The notes beneath the pieces are model-generated. The model was not told the origin of the DNA. It searched no databases and was given only the letters and a program-made list of their open reading frames with translations. From Saprolegnia diclina VS20 (Eukaryota): a stretch of DNA of 64,000 nucleotides. The stretch lies in contig NW_008246072.1 in NCBI RefSeq assembly GCF_000281045.1, positions 823,232-887,231 on the forward strand, given 5' to 3'. The translations under genes and the position numbers were made by a program. Each line of letters begins with the position of its first letter. Position 1 is the first letter of the stretch. Below, piece by piece: positions 59,801 through 64,000 of this stretch.

Positions 59801-60853
59801 GTCGGCCACGTCGCGCTTCGGCGGACACTTGAACCCGAGCGACTCGAAATACTCCAAGCAGAGAGCGCGAGAGCCGTGGTACATGACGTGGCCTTCGTTC
59901 ATGAGAAGCACTTCGTCAAAGAGGTTGTAGACTTCAGGCGACGGCTGAAGCAGCGCAATCACAATCGTCTTCTTGAGCGACTCGGCCATGCTCTTCTGCG
60001 ACTTGACAATATCGAACGTCGCCGCCGAGTCGAGACCGGTACTGATCTCGTCCATGAACGACACAAGCTTCATGCCAAACTCCATCTCGCCGACCGTCAC
60101 GCGCTTACGCTCGCCGCCCGAGACACCACGAAGCATGGCATTGCCGACGATCGTATCCTTGCAGTTGACAAGGCCCATCTGGCGCGTGATAATGTCCGGG
60201 TAGACGTTGTAGAGCGACTGAATGACAGCCTGAGCCTGCGCGTTCTCTTCGGGCGAGCCGTTCTCAAGCGAGTCGAGGACGCGCTGGGGCACGGCGGCAC
60301 CGCCGCTGCACGCATGGGCAAACTCAAGCGTCTCCTTGACGGTCAAGGTCGGGTAGTGGAAGTCGCGCTGGTTCATGTAGGCCGAGAGCTGAGGAAGAGC
60401 CCCGGCGATCACCCTCGACGGCGTCCCGTTGTACGTGACGTTGCCGCCCACTGTGATGTTCTTGTGCATGGGAAAGCGGCCCGAGAGGATCTTCATGAGC
60501 GACGACTTGCCCGAGCCGGGCTGGCCAAGAAGGAGCGTCGTCGTGCTGGGCTTGAAGACACCCGACATCGGGTGCAGCACCTCCTTGCGGATCACGCGCT
60601 TAGAGCTGAAGAGACCCATGACCGACTTCTTAGCGTGGTTGAGCAAGGTCGGGAGCTCGTGGCCGTCCTTGGTAGCGACCGCGACGTCGGCCGAGATGGA
60701 GAGATCCTGGAAGCGAATCTCAAGTTGCGGCATGGACTTGCCCATGGAAGCTTCAAGCTGCGCGGCGAGCGATGCATGGAAAGCGTCCGAGCCCTGGGCA
60801 AGGAAGACGTCCGCCGACTCGAGCACCGGGATGTGATGGGACTCTTGCAGCAT
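56806..60853 (-). CDS. Full-size ABCG / pleiotropic drug resistance transporter (NBD-TMD-NBD-TMD); 200-N gap at 57055-57254
   Basis: GQPGSGKS, VSGGERKRV, MDEISTGLDS, GSSGAGKTTLMDV, GYCEQMDIHS, LDEPTSGLD and TIHQPS. Confidence 0.97.
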
Positions 60854-61784
60854 GGCTCGTTTTGTAGACTGAGATGCGAGCTCCGATTTGTTGCAGGAGA
60901 AGACAGACCAATCACAGGCTGCGTGCATACATGCGCCCTGCCTCTAGCTTGTGGTTTTGGGGGGCAATTGAGGGTTCGTTGAGAAGACGTATACCCTCGC
61001 AACGATTAGTTAAGCGCCGTCGTCGCCGCGCTTGTTGATGCAAAGCATTGCTGTCCCTGATGATGTCGCAGGATAACCCGCGGAAATGGGGCGAGATTGC
61101 ATCATACGAAAATTGTAGCCAATCAGCGCGCGGGATCGCATCCGATTTGAAATTGGCGGCAAATTCGGCGGACAACCGAAGCGCTCATATCATCGAGGCG
61201 GTACGAGCGTGTAGCAGTGCACAGTACTGGCGTGCAATGGACACTCTAGGTCGCCGACACTGCTGCCGTGATACATGTACCAGGTCCATCTAGCTGTCGG
61301 ATAGACTGAGAGAGTCTCCGCGACAGCAAATTTCGGGCCAAGAATCTGTCACGGAAGGATCAATTCCCAAAGTCCGTGTACACGGTGTGGCTTCCTGGTC
61401 CGGTTTGCATGAGAAGTAGGGAACGATCTGGGGAGCGGTCAGGGAACGGTGCTGGCTCAGTGGTGCTGGCTGCTGAATGACATTGACGACGGCCAAATGG
61501 ACGACAACATGGCGTACCAGATGTGCGCCGTCACGACCCTTGGCAACCTCAGTCACTCGAGAGACTTGGGAAGTCTAGGATTGAGACTCTTTCCCACACC
61601 GGTGGCCAACACATCGCTGCAGTGACTGTCAACGCAAAGCGAACGCTGGAGGCATACAGGCTGCGCCAGGCTCTGCTTGCGGTGCTAATGCATGCCAAAT
61701 CACGGAGGACGGCTGCGATGCAAGAACGGTTCATCACGACAAACAAACTTTTGTATTCACGCATACCATCAAGTGCATCGTGTC

Positions 61785-63204
61785 TTAGGAGCAGGCGACG
61801 GGGCGGTGCGGGTGGTCCAAGTCGTCTTCGTCGTCGCCACCAAGTATACACAGCCGCGTGTACTTGATGTCGTCGTCCTTGAAGAAGCGCTTGGGTACAT
61901 GCCCGTCCGGGCTCGTGCTGCTGTCAGTGCTCGAACACGACGCGTCGTCGTCCGGCAGCGTGTCGACGCTCAGCGCGGCCTCGCCTTTCATCACAGGCCG
62001 CTTGGTCGCACGCAGCACGTCGTGCCACGTCACTACTCCCAGGACGGCGCCTTGGTCACCAGCGATCAGCGCAATGACGTGCTGGTCCTGGAGCAGCGCA
62101 TAGAGCTCGGCGAGCGGTGTCGACGCTGGCGTCGTCACGCACTTGTGCAGGCGCGTCACCTGGTTGAAGATGCGGTCGACGACGTAGACAGTCGAGTGGT
62201 GCACGTAAATGTCGTGGTCATGCCAATCCGGACAGCTGTGCTCGGCGTCCGCCGGAAGCTCGAGGCGGCGGCTCGTCGACGGCACGCAAGGCTCGGGCGA
62301 TACGTCGCTGGCCGTCGTCACAGGGGTCATGACGCTCGCCGCGTCATGCGTACCGAGCTCGAGAATACCCTGCAAGAGATCGACCTCGGTCGTGCTTAGC
62401 CCTGCTGTCGGGTCGGCTTGGAACGCCACGAGCGCCTTGAGCTCGTTGCGCGAGTACGGGGCGTCGGCGGCCGAGTGCCCGACCGTAAAGTTGAGGAACA
62501 CGGCAATTGGGTACGTGATCGGGTACGTGAGCCTACAAAGCATAGCATGAGACTCGCAGCCTGTACGTAGCTCGTACCGCATGAGAAGCTGCAGGAGCGG
62601 GACGCAGGCGGCGCCGATCACGAGCTGCCGCTCGCCCGTGCAAAGCGCCGTGGGCACAATTTCGCCAAAGAGAACAACAAATGTTACTGAGAAGACAACC
62701 GATGCGACCGGATTGATGAGGGTGTTGAGGAACATCGGCAGCGCTTCGTTGGCGAGTGCATTCATAAGCACGAGCGTCACGAGCAGCAGCCGGTGGTTGC
62801 GCAAGATTGGAAGGAGCCGCGCGGCCGCCGCCTTTTGCCGTGGTACGCTACAGACGATATAAAGTGCCTGGAGTAAGAAAAATAGCAGCTTACCCTTCTT
62901 GCTCAAGCACAGCAAGGTGCGTTCGGTTCAGCGAGAGTACCCCGACAGTGAGGCCCGACATGGCGCCGGCGAGCACGACGAGGCCAACGACGCAGAGCAC
63001 TGAGAGGATGTACTTTGTCGGGTCGCAGCTGTAAACCAGGTACAGGTCGTTGGCGCAGGCGTCGGCGGGCGTTAATGGCGCCACCTTGACGTAGATGTCG
63101 CCGCGGAAGAAGAGCCGGTCGTTGTCGAGTCGCTCCACGTGGTTGGCAAGCGGCGCCGCAGCGACCGCACCGGCGAGCAGCGAGAGCAGCCAGCGAGAGC
63201 TCAT
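61785..63204 (-). CDS. CNNM/DUF21 metal-transport protein with signal peptide and degenerate CBS region, multi-exon
   Basis: LVVLAGAMSGLTVGVLSL, HRLLLVTLVLMNALANEALPMFL, VVLFGEIVPTALC and YSRNELKALV. Confidence 0.9.
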
Positions 63205-64000
63205 CGCAAATGCAAGATTGTCGACGACTTTGGCCGCGGCCCGTTTTGCACGAGGTATACAAACGCCAAGAGAATTGCATCCTCGGCCGTTTCGCTCGAA
63301 CCGACGCCCACTTTCGAATGAACTTTTTCAAGCTTCCATAAAGCATATCCGACTTGGAGACACGTACATGCATGCGTCGCCTATGGTAATGCCTATGCGC
63401 GCAGGACCACCTCTCGCTGCATCATCCCGTTGAGATGACACGCATAGCAAAGTGAGCGTCGCACGCAAGGTTCTGTGCGCTACGGTAGGAAAAAGGAAGG
63501 TCTTGCCACGGACGAGGGAGCCGGAACAACAGTAAGAGTTGCTCGTCGTGTCGATGGTTGGGAGTTGCGTCAGGATGAGAGCCATACGAGGTATTTACGT
63601 CCCAGGTCGCGATGCAGTCGTGATGCAACGCGAGTAGTGGTGGTGTCAATAAGATGAGCTTCTTATTGTCGTGTGGTGTCAACTGGTTCTTCGCCGCCAC
63701 CACCGTTGTCGTTTGCTATCCGGACCGGATAAAGATACTGGCCCAGATACTGGCCCGCGGGAAAGTGCAGTTGGGGCTGTGCGCGGGAGGCCGAGCGCCG
63801 TTGTGATTGGCTGGCGCACTTTGCACTTGCACTTTGATCATGGCGCAGCGCAAGGCGTCTGCGACGACACTCCTCCAAGCCTTGGAGCAGCTTCAATCAC
63901 CGGCGTTCGCCAAGAAGGTCGAGCGCTTCTTCCGCCGATCGTACTGCCCGACCGACGTCTTTGTGGGTCTTCGCGTGCCACAGTGTCGTGACGCGCTCAA

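Noticed and set aside
56942..60982. 1346-aa plus-strand ORF
   Set aside because: Antisense shadow of the strongly codon-biased ABCG gene; no recognisable motifs, and it reads through an N gap.

Overview
Gene-dense, GC-rich (roughly 60% by eye) eukaryotic DNA. It has very short GT-AG introns (about 37-90 nt where checked), intergenic gaps often under 300 bp, and three assembly gaps. Gene families and intron style point to an oomycete of the Saprolegniales (Saprolegnia/Achlya-like); this is an inference. About 28 genes can be supported: a degenerate 2OG-Fe(II) oxygenase-fold protein, an Old Yellow Enzyme, AP-3 sigma, ARL2, a pogo/CENP-B HTH protein, CEP95-like, an EamA transporter, a PHD-DDT-WHIM chromatin protein, a TPR-GT41-TPR-GT4 double glycosyltransferase, a CUE protein, a MULE transposase, two tandem membrane-protein paralogs, PDK1, a mucin-like protein, an RS-rich protein, a RING protein, an archaemetzincin-like protein, TMEM234, DJ-1/PfpI, GRAM-VASt, HMBS/hemC, FANCB-like, a PDR/ABCG transporter and CNNM. 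No rRNA, tRNA or CRISPR was seen. Most notable: (1) an OGT-like GT41 apparently fused to a second GT4-type transferase behind a possible signal peptide; (2) a paralog frameshifted by a TA-CAG-TA Tc1/mariner-type excision footprint; (3) an OYE with Phe at the catalytic Tyr position, directly downstream of a ~730-bp foldback; (4) ~280-bp inverted repeats bracketing hemC and the FANCB-like gene; (5) two enzyme-fold proteins lacking their metal ligands; (6) a CUE protein with Atg8-interacting-like motifs. Exon boundaries were read by eye. Multi-exon CDS spans run from first to last codon and include introns.
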